Shown here: positions 8,590 through 18,350 of the stretch, piece after piece
Layout of the letters: each line of letters starts with the position of its first letter
How positions within the stretch are numbered: position 1 is the stretch's first letter
Source of the DNA: Gammaproteobacteria bacterium
GTDB taxonomy: Bacteria > Pseudomonadota > Gammaproteobacteria > CAJXQU01
Assembly (NCBI GenBank): GCA_965238175.1
Contig: CBDEGZ010000003.1
Location: 1,920,001-1,984,000, forward strand
DNA length: 64,000 nt
Direction: 5' to 3'
Notes under the pieces: generated by a model
Database searches by the model: none
Told to the model about the DNA's origin: nothing
What the model saw: only the letters and a program-made list of their open reading frames with translations
Translations under genes and position numbers: made by a program

Positions 8590-11500
8590 ATGAAATGTAA
8601 ATATGGGTGGAGTGTTTCTACAATTCTGCTTGTTTTTTATTCGTGTATTTTCTCGCAAACAGTTGTTGCACAAACTAATTGCCCACGAGATCGAGCTCCC
8701 ATTGCCGAAGTTATATCTGTTCAAGGTATGCTTACACTAAATGGTGAGCAACTTTCAGTAAATGATCTGATCTGCCCAGGTCAAATAGTGCTTAATACCG
8801 AATCAAATAGTCGAGCTGCAATTCGCATTATAGCGACCGGCGTGAAAATCCGGCTTGATCAAAATACTGAACTACGTATGGATGCGTCGATTAGTTCAAC
8901 TTCAAGTAAAAATGCGGCAGACGATAACCAGAAATCATTTGTTGAACTTGTAACAGGTGCTATTAAAGCATTCACTCGCAAGCCTTATAAACTTGATGTA
9001 AGAACGCCTTACGTAACAGCGGGTGTAGAAGGGACAGAATTTATAGTTGAAGCTTTTGATGATGGCAGAGAAATTACCGTACATGTGTTTGAAGGGCATG
9101 TGCGTATGCTCTATGCATATAATGACCAACGTGCCGATCTGGATATTTTGGCTAATGAAGCCGGTTATGCAAGAAAAAATCAACCACCAGAGAAAGTTGA
9201 AAAACTCAAAATAAAGTCACGCGATCAAGTTGACTGGGCACTCTACTATCCAGCATTTTCAGGAATGCCAGCTCTAAATAAGGTAAATCAGCTACTGGCT
9301 GCAGGGCGGGTTGATGCAGCTAAAAAGCATCTCGATGCTTCTAACCTGCAAGATCAGAAATTAATATTGGATACAATAGTCAAAATTTCCAAAGGAAAAA
9401 GTCATCAAATAATCAATCAAGCCTCCTGGGTTAAAAAATTAGAAGCCACGTCTATAACACGACTGCTGCTTTCTTATGCCTACCAGGCAGATTTGCAACT
9501 GAACAAAGCGCTTGAAACACTGGAGAACACTAAAATCAAGGACGCGCTGATCTGGGCAAGAATAGCCGAACTGCGTCTTGCTAAAGGGGAGATAGAAGGA
9601 TCTGTTGATGCCGCACAACAAACTCCCATTAATTTTCAATTAAACAATTGCCTTTCTGAGGCTATCAGCAACCCGCCCAATTATATTGCTAGAACGCTCA
9701 CGGTCAGAGGTTTTACGAAACTTGCGCAAAGAGATGTGGAAAATGCAAAGGTGGAATTTGAATGCGCTATCCTGTTTGCCTCAGAGGATCCACTGCCCAG
9801 ATTTGGGCTTGGTTTAGCAAAGATCCGACAAGGACACACGCAACAAGGACGACATGATATTGAAACGGCGGCCTTACTTGATCCGACCAATGCACTTATT
9901 CGTAGTTATTTAGGCAAGGCATTTTTTGAAGAGAATAGGGGAATGCGTAATACCACATCAACAGATGAATGTGCCCAACAAACAGGGAATGATGCTGATC
10001 TGGCCGATCAACAATTGTGTATCGCTAAACAATTAGATCCCAACGATCCAACGCCGTGGTTCTATCATGCAATAAAAAAACAAACTGAAAATAAACCGGT
10101 GGAAGCCTTAAAAGATCTGCAAAAAGCCATCGACAAAAATCACAATCGAGCCGTTTATCGATCGGGATTTTTATTGGACAGCGATCTGGCTTCGCGCAGC
10201 GCCAGTCAGGGTCGGATCTACCGTGACTTAAAATTTGAACAGCTTGGACTGTTGCAAGGCTGGAAATCTGTTAATACCGATCATGGTGATTATTCGGGCC
10301 ACCGATTACTTGCAGATACCTATTCTGCATTACCGCGCCACGAAACTGCCCGTGTCAATGAACTCTACCAATCGCAATTATTACAGCCGCTAAATGTAAC
10401 GCCAGTGCAGTCGCAGCTAGCCGAAAAAAACCTGTCTATCTTGAATAATTCTGGTCCTTCAGAAGTATCATTTAACGAATTTAATCCTTTATTTACCCAA
10501 AATGGTTTGTCCATGCAGAGTTCCGCTGTGGTCGGTGGCAATAGTACTTGGGGTGAGGATATTACTATCGCTGGTCTGTATGACAACTGGTCAATTAACC
10601 TGGGCCAATTTCATTTTGAAACCGCTGGGTTTCATGACAATAATGGGTTGGAAAAAGATGTGTTAAGTGCAACGCTGCAATACAGCCCAGATCAAAACAC
10701 CTCGTTTTTAGCGGAACTAAGAACGAGCGAAAGGGAACAGGGCGATCTAGCGCTTTTATTTGATAGCAATAATTTTAGATCTAATGCCGCTCTAAAAGAA
10801 CAAATTCATTTACTTAAGACAGGTTTCCATCATCAATTTTCACCTCAATCTGAAATTATTGGTTCATTTATTTATCAAGTTGCAAAGATAAACGTACGGG
10901 ATGAACCTTTTTTTGAACTTGATGCGGATCTTGGCGGATACACTACTGAGTTACAGCATCTATACCAGGGGCAACACGGGCGTTTGACCAGCGGTGTTAG
11001 ATATTCTCATCGTGATCAGAAAGAGTCGGTGCAACTGTCTTTTTCGCTGCCTGTTCCTCCATTCAATGTTCAAAGTGATTTTACTAGAAAACATATCATT
11101 GAGCAGGCCAGTCTATACTTATATTCATATACTGATCTAAGTAAGAACGTAAGTATCACACTCGGTGGCAGCTTTGATTCTCTTAATGGACGCGCTACAA
11201 ACAAGGATTTATTCAATCCAAAGCTCGGATTAATTTGGGAACCCATATCAAGCACAACGTTTCGCGCTGCCGTATTCAAAACCTTGCAAGGGCCAGCCTT
11301 TTCACGCCAAGATCTCCAACCCTCTATAGAACCAACGCAAGTAGCCGGTTTTAATCAGTTCTTTTTTGATGACGTTGAAGGTGATGTTAATTGGCGATAT
11401 GCGATTGCCCTGGATCATGAGTTTTCCCCAAACTTATATTCAGGGTTAGAGCTTTCAAAAAGAACACGCGATAGACCTTTTCTCACATTAGGTGTCTCTG

Positions 11501-11961
11501 AACAACTTGAAACCATTGATTGGAAAGAATATTCTGCACGATTTTATACCTATTGGACTCCAGCTTCTGGTCTGACTTTAACTGCAACCTACCAATTTGA
11601 TAAAAGGGATAATGGAGATAATGGTTTAAATGAAGCTGCTTTGGAAATGCAAATTCATCGACTCCCACTGAAACTTAATTATTTTCATCCGAACGGTATT
11701 AGTAGTGGGATAACCGCAAGCTATGTTTATGAAAAAGGTATCTTTCAAGATGCAAATGCAAACACATTTTCTAGGGGTAAGGATAGCTTTTGGGTGGTAG
11801 ATGCGGCCTTAAGCTATCGACTGCCGAAACGTTATGGAATTATTTCATTGAGTGTCGATAATCTATTCGACCAGAAATTTCAGTTTCAGGATATTGATCC
11901 GGAAAATATAGAGCTAAAACCAGAGAGAATGAGCTTAATTAAATTTACACTTTCTTTCTAA
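8590..11961 (+). CDS. FecR-domain + TPR + beta-barrel outer-membrane receptor (NsrA-like)
   Basis: Signal peptide; FecR-like LDVRTP..TAGVEGTEF; TPR-like helices (A..LDP.N...RSYLGKA, LDPNDPTPWFY); TonB-receptor-like barrel ending in Phe. Confidence 0.82.
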   Translation: MKCKYGWSVSTILLVFYSCIFSQTVVAQTNCPRDRAPIAEVISVQGMLTLNGEQLSVNDLICPGQIVLNTESNSRAAIRIIATGVKIRLDQNTELRMDASISSTSSKNAADDNQKSFVELVTGAIKAFTRKPYKLDVRTPYVTAGVEGTEFIVEAFDDGREITVHVFEGHVRMLYAYNDQRADLDILANEAGYARKNQPPEKVEKLKIKSRDQVDWALYYPAFSGMPALNKVNQLLAAGRVDAAKKHLDASNLQDQKLILDTIVKISKGKSHQIINQASWVKKLEATSITRLLLSYAYQADLQLNKALETLENTKIKDALIWARIAELRLAKGEIEGSVDAAQQTPINFQLNNCLSEAISNPPNYIARTLTVRGFTKLAQRDVENAKVEFECAILFASEDPLPRFGLGLAKIRQGHTQQGRHDIETAALLDPTNALIRSYLGKAFFEENRGMRNTTSTDECAQQTGNDADLADQQLCIAKQLDPNDPTPWFYHAIKKQTENKPVEALKDLQKAIDKNHNRAVYRSGFLLDSDLASRSASQGRIYRDLKFEQLGLLQGWKSVNTDHGDYSGHRLLADTYSALPRHETARVNELYQSQLLQPLNVTPVQSQLAEKNLSILNNSGPSEVSFNEFNPLFTQNGLSMQSSAVVGGNSTWGEDITIAGLYDNWSINLGQFHFETAGFHDNNGLEKDVLSATLQYSPDQNTSFLAELRTSEREQGDLALLFDSNNFRSNAALKEQIHLLKTGFHHQFSPQSEIIGSFIYQVAKINVRDEPFFELDADLGGYTTELQHLYQGQHGRLTSGVRYSHRDQKESVQLSFSLPVPPFNVQSDFTRKHIIEQASLYLYSYTDLSKNVSITLGGSFDSLNGRATNKDLFNPKLGLIWEPISSTTFRAAVFKTLQGPAFSRQDLQPSIEPTQVAGFNQFFFDDVEGDVNWRYAIALDHEFSPNLYSGLELSKRTRDRPFLTLGVSEQLETIDWKEYSARFYTYWTPASGLTLTATYQFDKRDNGDNGLNEAALEMQIHRLPLKLNYFHPNGISSGITASYVYEKGIFQDANANTFSRGKDSFWVVDAALSYRLPKRYGIISLSVDNLFDQKFQFQDIDPENIELKPERMSLIKFTLSF

Positions 11962-12026
11962 ATTTAACGCTGATCGTAGCAAAACCAGTCTTACCCATCA
12001 GTTTTTTTAAACTAAATTGCACACAT

Positions 12027-12042
12027 TGTGTTTTTTCTCACA
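12027..12042. promoter_or_regulatory. CRP-type binding site upstream of small secreted protein
   Basis: TGTGT-N6-TCACA (9/10 to TGTGA-N6-TCACA); TAGTAT -10-like hexamer at 12064-12069, class II spacing. Confidence 0.75.
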
Positions 12043-12142
12043 TCTTTATTTTCATCAATCCTTTAGTATTTATTGGTGAGCCAGTTAATCGTTGCTCATC
12101 CCGATAAAAATCAATTTATTAAAATATAAAGGGGATAAACCT

Positions 12143-12388
12143 ATGTTAAATCGTAAACTTTTAGTATCAATCATCAGTTTTTCAGTTTTCTCACTCTGTA
12201 GTGTTATGCAAACTGCGTATGCATCTGCTGCTGATAGTTATAGTATTAATGACAATATAAATGTGGAGTTTGTGGAAAACCTCACGTCATCAGGGAGGCT
12301 GCAAAGTATGCAAGGAGATGTTATTTCTCACGGTAGACATTGCTACTTTATTATCTTCGGAAATGAGCTGTTTGTGTATCACTGTTGA
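12143..12388 (+). CDS. Small secreted protein (81 aa) with C-terminal Cys-x13-Cys loop
   Basis: RBS AAAGGGGA before the ATG at 12143; Sec signal ending AYA; ends CYFIIFGNELFVYHC. Confidence 0.7.
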   Translation: MLNRKLLVSIISFSVFSLCSVMQTAYASAADSYSINDNINVEFVENLTSSGRLQSMQGDVISHGRHCYFIIFGNELFVYHC

Positions 12389-12517
12389 TCTTTAGAATTT
12401 ACAGTGAGTGTTCGAATGTGCATATATAAATATTAATTAAATAGCTAGTAAGTATGCTTTTTACCAAAGAGTTAAGCTTTATCATTTACTGTGTGGTGTC
12501 AGGCTTACTCAGTTCAT

Positions 12518-12558
12518 AGCAGATAACCAGCATCACTTTTGGTTATCTGCTTGTTTTT
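12518..12558 (+). terminator. Rho-independent terminator
   Basis: AGCAGATAACCA / TGGTTATCTGCT 12-bp stem followed by TGTTTTTT. Confidence 0.8.
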
Positions 12559-12618
12559 TAAAAATCTTACTGGATAATCATTCACTATTTTTAGTGTAAT
12601 CAAGGAAGGATTTCTGTT

Positions 12619-13332
12619 TTGGATGACTTCAATTTCATTCCTGTTACTGCGGATTTATTATTAGGTATAGATTTGTTCCGAGATCTGCCCGCAGGTGATC
12701 GAAGTCTAATTGCACAGCATTGTGTCGGTAAGGAATATGCTGCACACAAATTAGTTTTAACCCAAAAAGATTTGTCCGGAGATGTTTATTTCGTTATCAG
12801 CGGAAGAGTGCGTGTTACTTATTTCTCTATATCGGGTAAAGAAGTTACTTTTCGTGAACAAAATGCGGGTGAGATGTTTGGTGAATTGTCGGCAATTGAT
12901 GCTAAACCACGTTCCACACAGGTAATAACAGGTTCAGATGCTATTCTTGCCTCAATGAGTTCTACTGATTTTCAGGCGCTGCTACAGGAGAATTCCAAAC
13001 TTGCCTGCAAAGTTATGCAGCATTTAACCAGCCTTGTTAGATTATTGTCAGAACGCATTGTCGAATTCTCAGCACTTGCTGTTAAAAATCGGATCCATGC
13101 GGAGTTATTGTGGATCGCCTTAAAAGGGAAGGTCGTCGATGGTCGTGTGATCATAAAACCGGTACCAACGCATGCAGATATATCAACCCGTATCAGTTCG
13201 CACCGTGAAGCCGTTACTCGTGAATTGAAAAGGCTTGAACAGAAGGGTCTGCTTGAGCGGCATCATGACAAATGGATTATCTTAGATCTTGAACGATTAC
13301 AAACTATGGTTCTGGATGTTTTGGGTGTTTAA
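12619..13332 (+). CDS. Crp/Fnr-family cNMP-binding transcriptional regulator
   Basis: cNMP pocket GEMFGELS....PRST; HTH THADI......REAVTREL. Confidence 0.93.
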   Translation: MDDFNFIPVTADLLLGIDLFRDLPAGDRSLIAQHCVGKEYAAHKLVLTQKDLSGDVYFVISGRVRVTYFSISGKEVTFREQNAGEMFGELSAIDAKPRSTQVITGSDAILASMSSTDFQALLQENSKLACKVMQHLTSLVRLLSERIVEFSALAVKNRIHAELLWIALKGKVVDGRVIIKPVPTHADISTRISSHREAVTRELKRLEQKGLLERHHDKWIILDLERLQTMVLDVLGV

Positions 13333-13425
13333 TTTATAAAGCCCCCAATAAAAATCAGCATTAATTGCTTTAAACAACTGTTTTACTTAATTCTTCTAAT
13401 ATTATTACAACTATTTTCCTCGAAT

Positions 13426-13441
13426 TGTGAGAAAAACCACA
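13426..13441. promoter_or_regulatory. CRP-type binding site upstream of subtilase
   Basis: TGTGA-GAAAAA-CCACA; 15/16 identical to the reverse complement of the 12027 site. Confidence 0.75.
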
Positions 13442-13519
13442 GCACAAATTCCTGGATCAGGTTTTAATTAGTCGTGTTAGAAAGAAACGTTATCTATTAA
13501 ACGACATGAGGAAAATCAA

Positions 13520-14629
13520 ATGAGTTTAAAGTCATTAAATAGAACAAAAACCAAACCTATTTTTACTCTACCGCCCTATAAAGTTGAACAAATTATTTCA
13601 TCTACTTCAGAAATAATAGATTGGGGTCTTGAAATGCTTTCGGTACCTGATAGTTGGAGAGATGCTCAAGGTGCAGGCGTTAAAGTTGCTGTTTTAGATA
13701 CAGGTGCGGATTTATACCATCCGGATTTAAGAAGTAGCGTTGTAAAAGCTGAAGATTTTACGAATAGCGCTGTCGGTGCGCAGGATATTGATGGGCATGG
13801 TACTCATGTGGCAGGAACCATAGCAGCTAAAAAGAATCGGCACGGTGTCGTTGGTGTTGCTCCAGAGGCCGAACTTCTTATCGCAAAGGTGTTAGGTGAT
13901 TTTGGATACGGGACAGAAGAGGCCGTTGCAAACGGCATAAACTGGGCGATAGAAAATGATGCAGATATTATTTCTATGAGTTTGGCCAGTAGCCTATATA
14001 GCAAAAAAGTTCATGCTGCAGTCAAAGCAGCATACAAAGTTAACAAGACAATTATATGTACTGCCAGTAACGAAGGTTCAAAACTGGAAACAATGACCTA
14101 TCCGGGAAAATTTGAAGAAACCATTGCCGTAGGTACCATTGATAGTTCTAAAAAGGTTTCCGGTTATTCAAAGCGAGAATCACAGGTAGACATCGTCGCG
14201 CCAGGTGATCAAGTTCTTTCAACCTATCCAACAGGGGGTTATGCTGAACTAAGCGGTTCCTCTATGACAACACCTCTTGTGTCAGGCATTATCGCTTTAA
14301 TGTTTTCTAAATTTCGACGATTTAGTGGGGCGAATCCTCTAGAAGATCGAGAAGAACTTATTCGGCATTTACGAGAAACAGCTACAAACTTAGGTCCGGA
14401 CAGATTTGATCCTGGTTACGGTTATGGATTAATCAACCCTGAAGATTTGCTCTCTGCGCAATCAAGATTCCTTTTGAATTTAATACCTTCAGATGATCTA
14501 ACAAAGTCAGGTAAGAAGAAACTTAGTAAATTTATGAACAGAGGAAAAACAAAGCCATCTGTCAATAATTCTGCACACCTACAAGATGGGTATGGAGAAA
14601 TAAGAGGTGGTGTCAGGATAAAGATATAA
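13520..14629 (+). CDS. S8 subtilisin-family serine protease, intracellular (ISP) type
   Basis: VAVLDTG, HGTHVAG, SGSSM.TP triad; no signal peptide; N-terminal LPPY motif. Confidence 0.9.
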   Translation: MSLKSLNRTKTKPIFTLPPYKVEQIISSTSEIIDWGLEMLSVPDSWRDAQGAGVKVAVLDTGADLYHPDLRSSVVKAEDFTNSAVGAQDIDGHGTHVAGTIAAKKNRHGVVGVAPEAELLIAKVLGDFGYGTEEAVANGINWAIENDADIISMSLASSLYSKKVHAAVKAAYKVNKTIICTASNEGSKLETMTYPGKFEETIAVGTIDSSKKVSGYSKRESQVDIVAPGDQVLSTYPTGGYAELSGSSMTTPLVSGIIALMFSKFRRFSGANPLEDREELIRHLRETATNLGPDRFDPGYGYGLINPEDLLSAQSRFLLNLIPSDDLTKSGKKKLSKFMNRGKTKPSVNNSAHLQDGYGEIRGGVRIKI

Positions 14630-14652
14630 CCAACCTGCGCTTGATGTATGGG

Positions 14653-14684
14653 CTCCACGACTACTACCGAGAAGTAGCGTGGAG
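14653..14684. terminator. Hairpin between convergent genes
   Basis: CTCCACG(A)CTACT-accgaga-AGTAGCGTGGAG stem with a one-base bulge. Confidence 0.45.
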
Positions 14685-14804
14685 TGACCAAGCTAAAGAT
14701 CATAAATAAGCGTAATGTGCTATATCTTTAGATCTTGCAAAACGTGTTATTCAAATAAGTAAAGTTAGTCCTGCTTTTTAAGCTCAGGCTCTAATGAAAT
14801 AGAT

Positions 14805-16355
14805 CTACTTGCTCTGAACAGCCCAGTTAAGATCAGATAATGTATTTACAGTTGATCCTCCAGCCTCTAATAGAATAGGGCCGCTCATAAGGTACATATG
14901 ATTTTGGCCAGTCACATTATTTCGCCAGAATATATCCTGTTTCCCATCGCCATTGTAATCACCAATAGCCCGAATATCCCAGGCTAGTGAGGTGAACTCA
15001 ACGTGTTGGCCAGGTGCACCTGCTGTGCTATTTGAAATATTGGGGCCATTCATAAGATACAACCAAACCCGACCATTAGTGCTATGCCTCCATAGAATAT
15101 CGCCTTTACCATCAGCATCAAAATCACCAACGCCTTGTATATTCCAGTTCTCACTGGTGAATGCGACATGCTCACCTGTGCCTGATCCATTAATGATATT
15201 ATTGCCATTCATCGAATAAAGCCACACACGTCGATTGACGTTATTGCGCCAGAGGACATCGTCTCTTCCATCGTTATTGAAATCTGCAATACCGGAAACT
15301 ACCCAATTTTTATCAGGAATGGTATTTACCTGGAGAGTTACATTCAGGTTAGTGCCGTTCAAAAAACTAATCCGGTTCTCACCATCATCGTGATGCCAAA
15401 AAATATCGTTATTTCCGTCGCCGTTAAAATCTCCTGTCCCAGCGATTTTCCATTTGGTGTCGGTAAAAGGAGGGATGGTCAGATCAATTCCTCTTATTAC
15501 GTTTACGCCGTTCATAATAGTTATCTGGTTTGAGCCATTATTGGTGTTTCGCCAGAGAAGGTCAGAGCTGCCATCTTTGTCGAAATCACTGTTTCCAACT
15601 ACTACCCAAGTGGATTCAGCAGAAAACAGGCTTACATCTGCACTTGATGCGACAACACTACTATTCATCAAATAAATCCTGTTATTGTTCGTAATAACAT
15701 TACGCCAGAAAATATCGGACTTTCCATCATTATTAAAATCATTTTTGTCTGCGAGATTGTTTATTCTTGGGGCATTGAGTTCAGGGTAGAGTACTTTAAT
15801 ACCTAGAAGATCATCGTTTTGGATACTTCGGATTTCATCGTTGTAAAATGACTGTAAGATAGAGTTCGTAGTATCTTCGTGATCCAAACCTAGAGTATGG
15901 CCTAGCTCATGTAATGCCACTCTGTAAAAATCTGTGGTTCCATTTGATGATGCTCCATCGAAAACACCCCATTGAACACTGGAATTATTAAAAACAATAT
16001 CTGTTTCTACTATTGAGCCATTTGACGAAAGCAATCCGGTAATGGCCAATGTACCGCGACCCCAATTTGCACCACAATAAGTGTTGGAAAACCCAACACC
16101 GTTTCTATTGTCGTCAGAACATGGGTTTTGATAAGTATTAATTGTTTGTAAATTAAAGCCAGCAGTATTATTCCAATTCGCCATCGCAGACTGGAAAGAA
16201 GAAGAAAACTGGCCGATATCTACATAGAATACGATATTAGTTGTAGCCCATTTAGCCGGTGGGCTAAAGATAAACGAATAAGCAAAAAGCGAGGAGTTAT
16301 ACGTAAGCATCAGTATGGTAATGAAAATGTTTTTTTTGATATTCATCACTACCAA
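14805..16355 (-). CDS. Secreted matrixin-like zinc metalloprotease with FG-GAP/VCBS repeats
   Basis: Signal peptide; HELGHTLGLDH; six D[FY]..DG..D repeats; start may be the ATG at 16346. Confidence 0.88.
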   Translation of the reverse strand: MVVMNIKKNIFITILMLTYNSSLFAYSFIFSPPAKWATTNIVFYVDIGQFSSSFQSAMANWNNTAGFNLQTINTYQNPCSDDNRNGVGFSNTYCGANWGRGTLAITGLLSSNGSIVETDIVFNNSSVQWGVFDGASSNGTTDFYRVALHELGHTLGLDHEDTTNSILQSFYNDEIRSIQNDDLLGIKVLYPELNAPRINNLADKNDFNNDGKSDIFWRNVITNNNRIYLMNSSVVASSADVSLFSAESTWVVVGNSDFDKDGSSDLLWRNTNNGSNQITIMNGVNVIRGIDLTIPPFTDTKWKIAGTGDFNGDGNNDIFWHHDDGENRISFLNGTNLNVTLQVNTIPDKNWVVSGIADFNNDGRDDVLWRNNVNRRVWLYSMNGNNIINGSGTGEHVAFTSENWNIQGVGDFDADGKGDILWRHSTNGRVWLYLMNGPNISNSTAGAPGQHVEFTSLAWDIRAIGDYNGDGKQDIFWRNNVTGQNHMYLMSGPILLEAGGSTVNTLSDLNWAVQSK

Positions 16356-16996
16356 CCTATTTCTTTAAGTTTTTGCTTGAACTCGCCTGGTGTCATGCCG
16401 TTTGGAGTAGCGTTATCTGTGGATGTCGGATTTGATGCAAGACTAGCGGCTTTAATAGTTCTAAGTCCAGCGGCGGTACCATCACTTATTAAGTCTTTAT
16501 TCGGTATATTAGATTCAACACTCTCTACTTGCTTGCCTTCCGCTGTATTGACTCGTTCTACCCCCTTTTGATCGGTTTTAATAATATAGTGACCTTGTGT
16601 CCAACCAAACAAGGGATTAATCAAATATTCATTCAGAGACTCTACGAAATAGATCCCCTTTTCACCGGGAGCTGGATATTTCATGTCGGGTATGTGAACC
16701 TTTTTACCATTATATTCGCCACCGACGAATCGTAGCTCTATTGTGTTACCTTGATCAGTACCTTTAACCACGTCATTTATCTGAAAGGTGATGTCTGTAA
16801 CAATCCAGTGGTTGTTAGCATCCATCCCCGTTTCGACGGCGATCACTTCACCTTCAAACACAAACTCTGCTTCGCTTAGAAGTTCGTTAACGTTGAATGA
16901 GCGAACAGTAGTAGCCTTTGAAGTACTAGCAAATAAGAGTGTGCACAGTAAAAAGAATAATTTTAAAAGTTTTGCTGGAGTTGTGATTTTGATCAT
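16349..16996 (-). CDS. Secreted hypothetical protein, probable OB/TIMP-like fold, partner of the matrixin
   Basis: Signal peptide (ASTSKA); L...A..VFEG.V.....V..V.KG pattern; stop codon abuts the matrixin start. Confidence 0.65.
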   Translation of the reverse strand: MIKITTPAKLLKLFFLLCTLLFASTSKATTVRSFNVNELLSEAEFVFEGEVIAVETGMDANNHWIVTDITFQINDVVKGTDQGNTIELRFVGGEYNGKKVHIPDMKYPAPGEKGIYFVESLNEYLINPLFGWTQGHYIIKTDQKGVERVNTAEGKQVESVESNIPNKDLISDGTAAGLRTIKAASLASNPTSTDNATPNGMTPGEFKQKLKEIGW

Positions 16997-17239
16997 ATCA
17001 ATTATTTCAATGCCCTTTTAATAATGAATCCATGCTTATGACTGCATGAATTATAATACATTTCCAGGGGACACGGGTATAGAATGTTTAAAACCTTGTC
17101 CCATATTAATAATTTAGGACTCGGGTTTCTTATAAAAGTTTTATGTGGTTTTGATAAATACATCATAAATCAGGTGAAATTCAATTTGAGACATAAGGGC
17201 ATGAGCAATTAATTTCATGATTTTAAAAGAGGATGTTTA

Positions 17240-18040
17240 TTGGTGAAAAAAGAGATAAGTATTCTAGGAGGTGGTTGGCTTGGGTTTCCACTTGCGGAAC
17301 ACTTTTTATCACAAGGACACAAGGTGAAAGTATCAACGAGAACAGAGGTTCATCTTGCAGATCTTAAATCCAACAATCTTGAACCTTACTTGATTGATAT
17401 AGCTCGTCTTGATACCCAAGTACAAAAGAATAAGCTTCAGGAATTTTTAAATGCAGAGATTTTAATTATAAATATTACATCAAAAAATCCTGATGATTTT
17501 CGAAGCTTGTTGGATGAAGTTGATCAATCAAAGATTGAAAATATTTTGTTTGTTAGTTCGACCTCCGTCTATGAAAATAATAACAAAGTTATAACTGAGG
17601 ATAGTAGTTTCGAGTCTGATAAAAGCCCTTTATTTGAGATCGAAAACCTAATAAAAAGTAATCAAAAGATCGAGTTCACAATAGTTAGATTTGGTGGCTT
17701 GATTGGTTACAGTCGAAAACCAGGTAATTTTTTTCGCAAAAGGGATCTTGTTGATTTTCCTGAGTCACCAATCAATTTGATCCATAGAGATGATTGTATA
17801 AATATTATCAGTCGAATTGTTGAACAAAATGTTTGGGGAGACGTTTTTAATTGTTGTGCTGACACGCATCCAACGAAAAAAGAATTTTATACCAAAGCAA
17901 CACAAACTATAGGACAAGCTGTCCCAAATTTTGTAATTGCAGAGTTTAACGAATTTAAGATCATTGATAATACAAAGGTGAAGCGAATTTTAAATTATGA
18001 ATTTATATATCCAGACTTAATGGAAATAGATCTTTCATAA
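17240..18040 (+). CDS. NAD(P)-dependent epimerase/dehydratase (YeeZ-like)
   Basis: ILGGGWLG Rossmann motif, SSTSVY, N.IHRDD. Confidence 0.85.
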   Translation: MVKKEISILGGGWLGFPLAEHFLSQGHKVKVSTRTEVHLADLKSNNLEPYLIDIARLDTQVQKNKLQEFLNAEILIINITSKNPDDFRSLLDEVDQSKIENILFVSSTSVYENNNKVITEDSSFESDKSPLFEIENLIKSNQKIEFTIVRFGGLIGYSRKPGNFFRKRDLVDFPESPINLIHRDDCINIISRIVEQNVWGDVFNCCADTHPTKKEFYTKATQTIGQAVPNFVIAEFNEFKIIDNTKVKRILNYEFIYPDLMEIDLS

Positions 18041-18350
18041 TTAATTTTTAGAAATACGGAACGAACTGCAGTAACAACATTGGGTTTTTCACCGGTACTA
18101 CGTAATGCATTAGTGAGTTAGTTATTTAATGTTGAATGTCCTTACCTGCTAATCCTTGATTACATATATTGTCTAGATACTGTCCAGGAAAATAATGATC
18201 TTCAACTTTCACCTTTCTGTTGTGATTATGTAATGAGCTAGTGATTTTATTTTTTACTTTTAGTATTACAGTGGTGAATTGCGACGACATTTTTTTGTAG
18301 TTAGTTCTGCAAATTCCAAGTATGATTTTTAAGGTGTTATTATAAAGTAG

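Noticed and set aside
6545-13332. Cyclase plus cNMP-binding protein as a Pycsar anti-phage system
   Set aside because: The cyclase is a membrane CHASE2 receptor type and the cNMP-binding protein is an HTH transcription factor, not a TIR or TM effector
18126-18290. 54-codon minus-strand ORF downstream of the TauE gene
   Set aside because: No RBS, no motif; plausible chance ORF in AT-rich DNA
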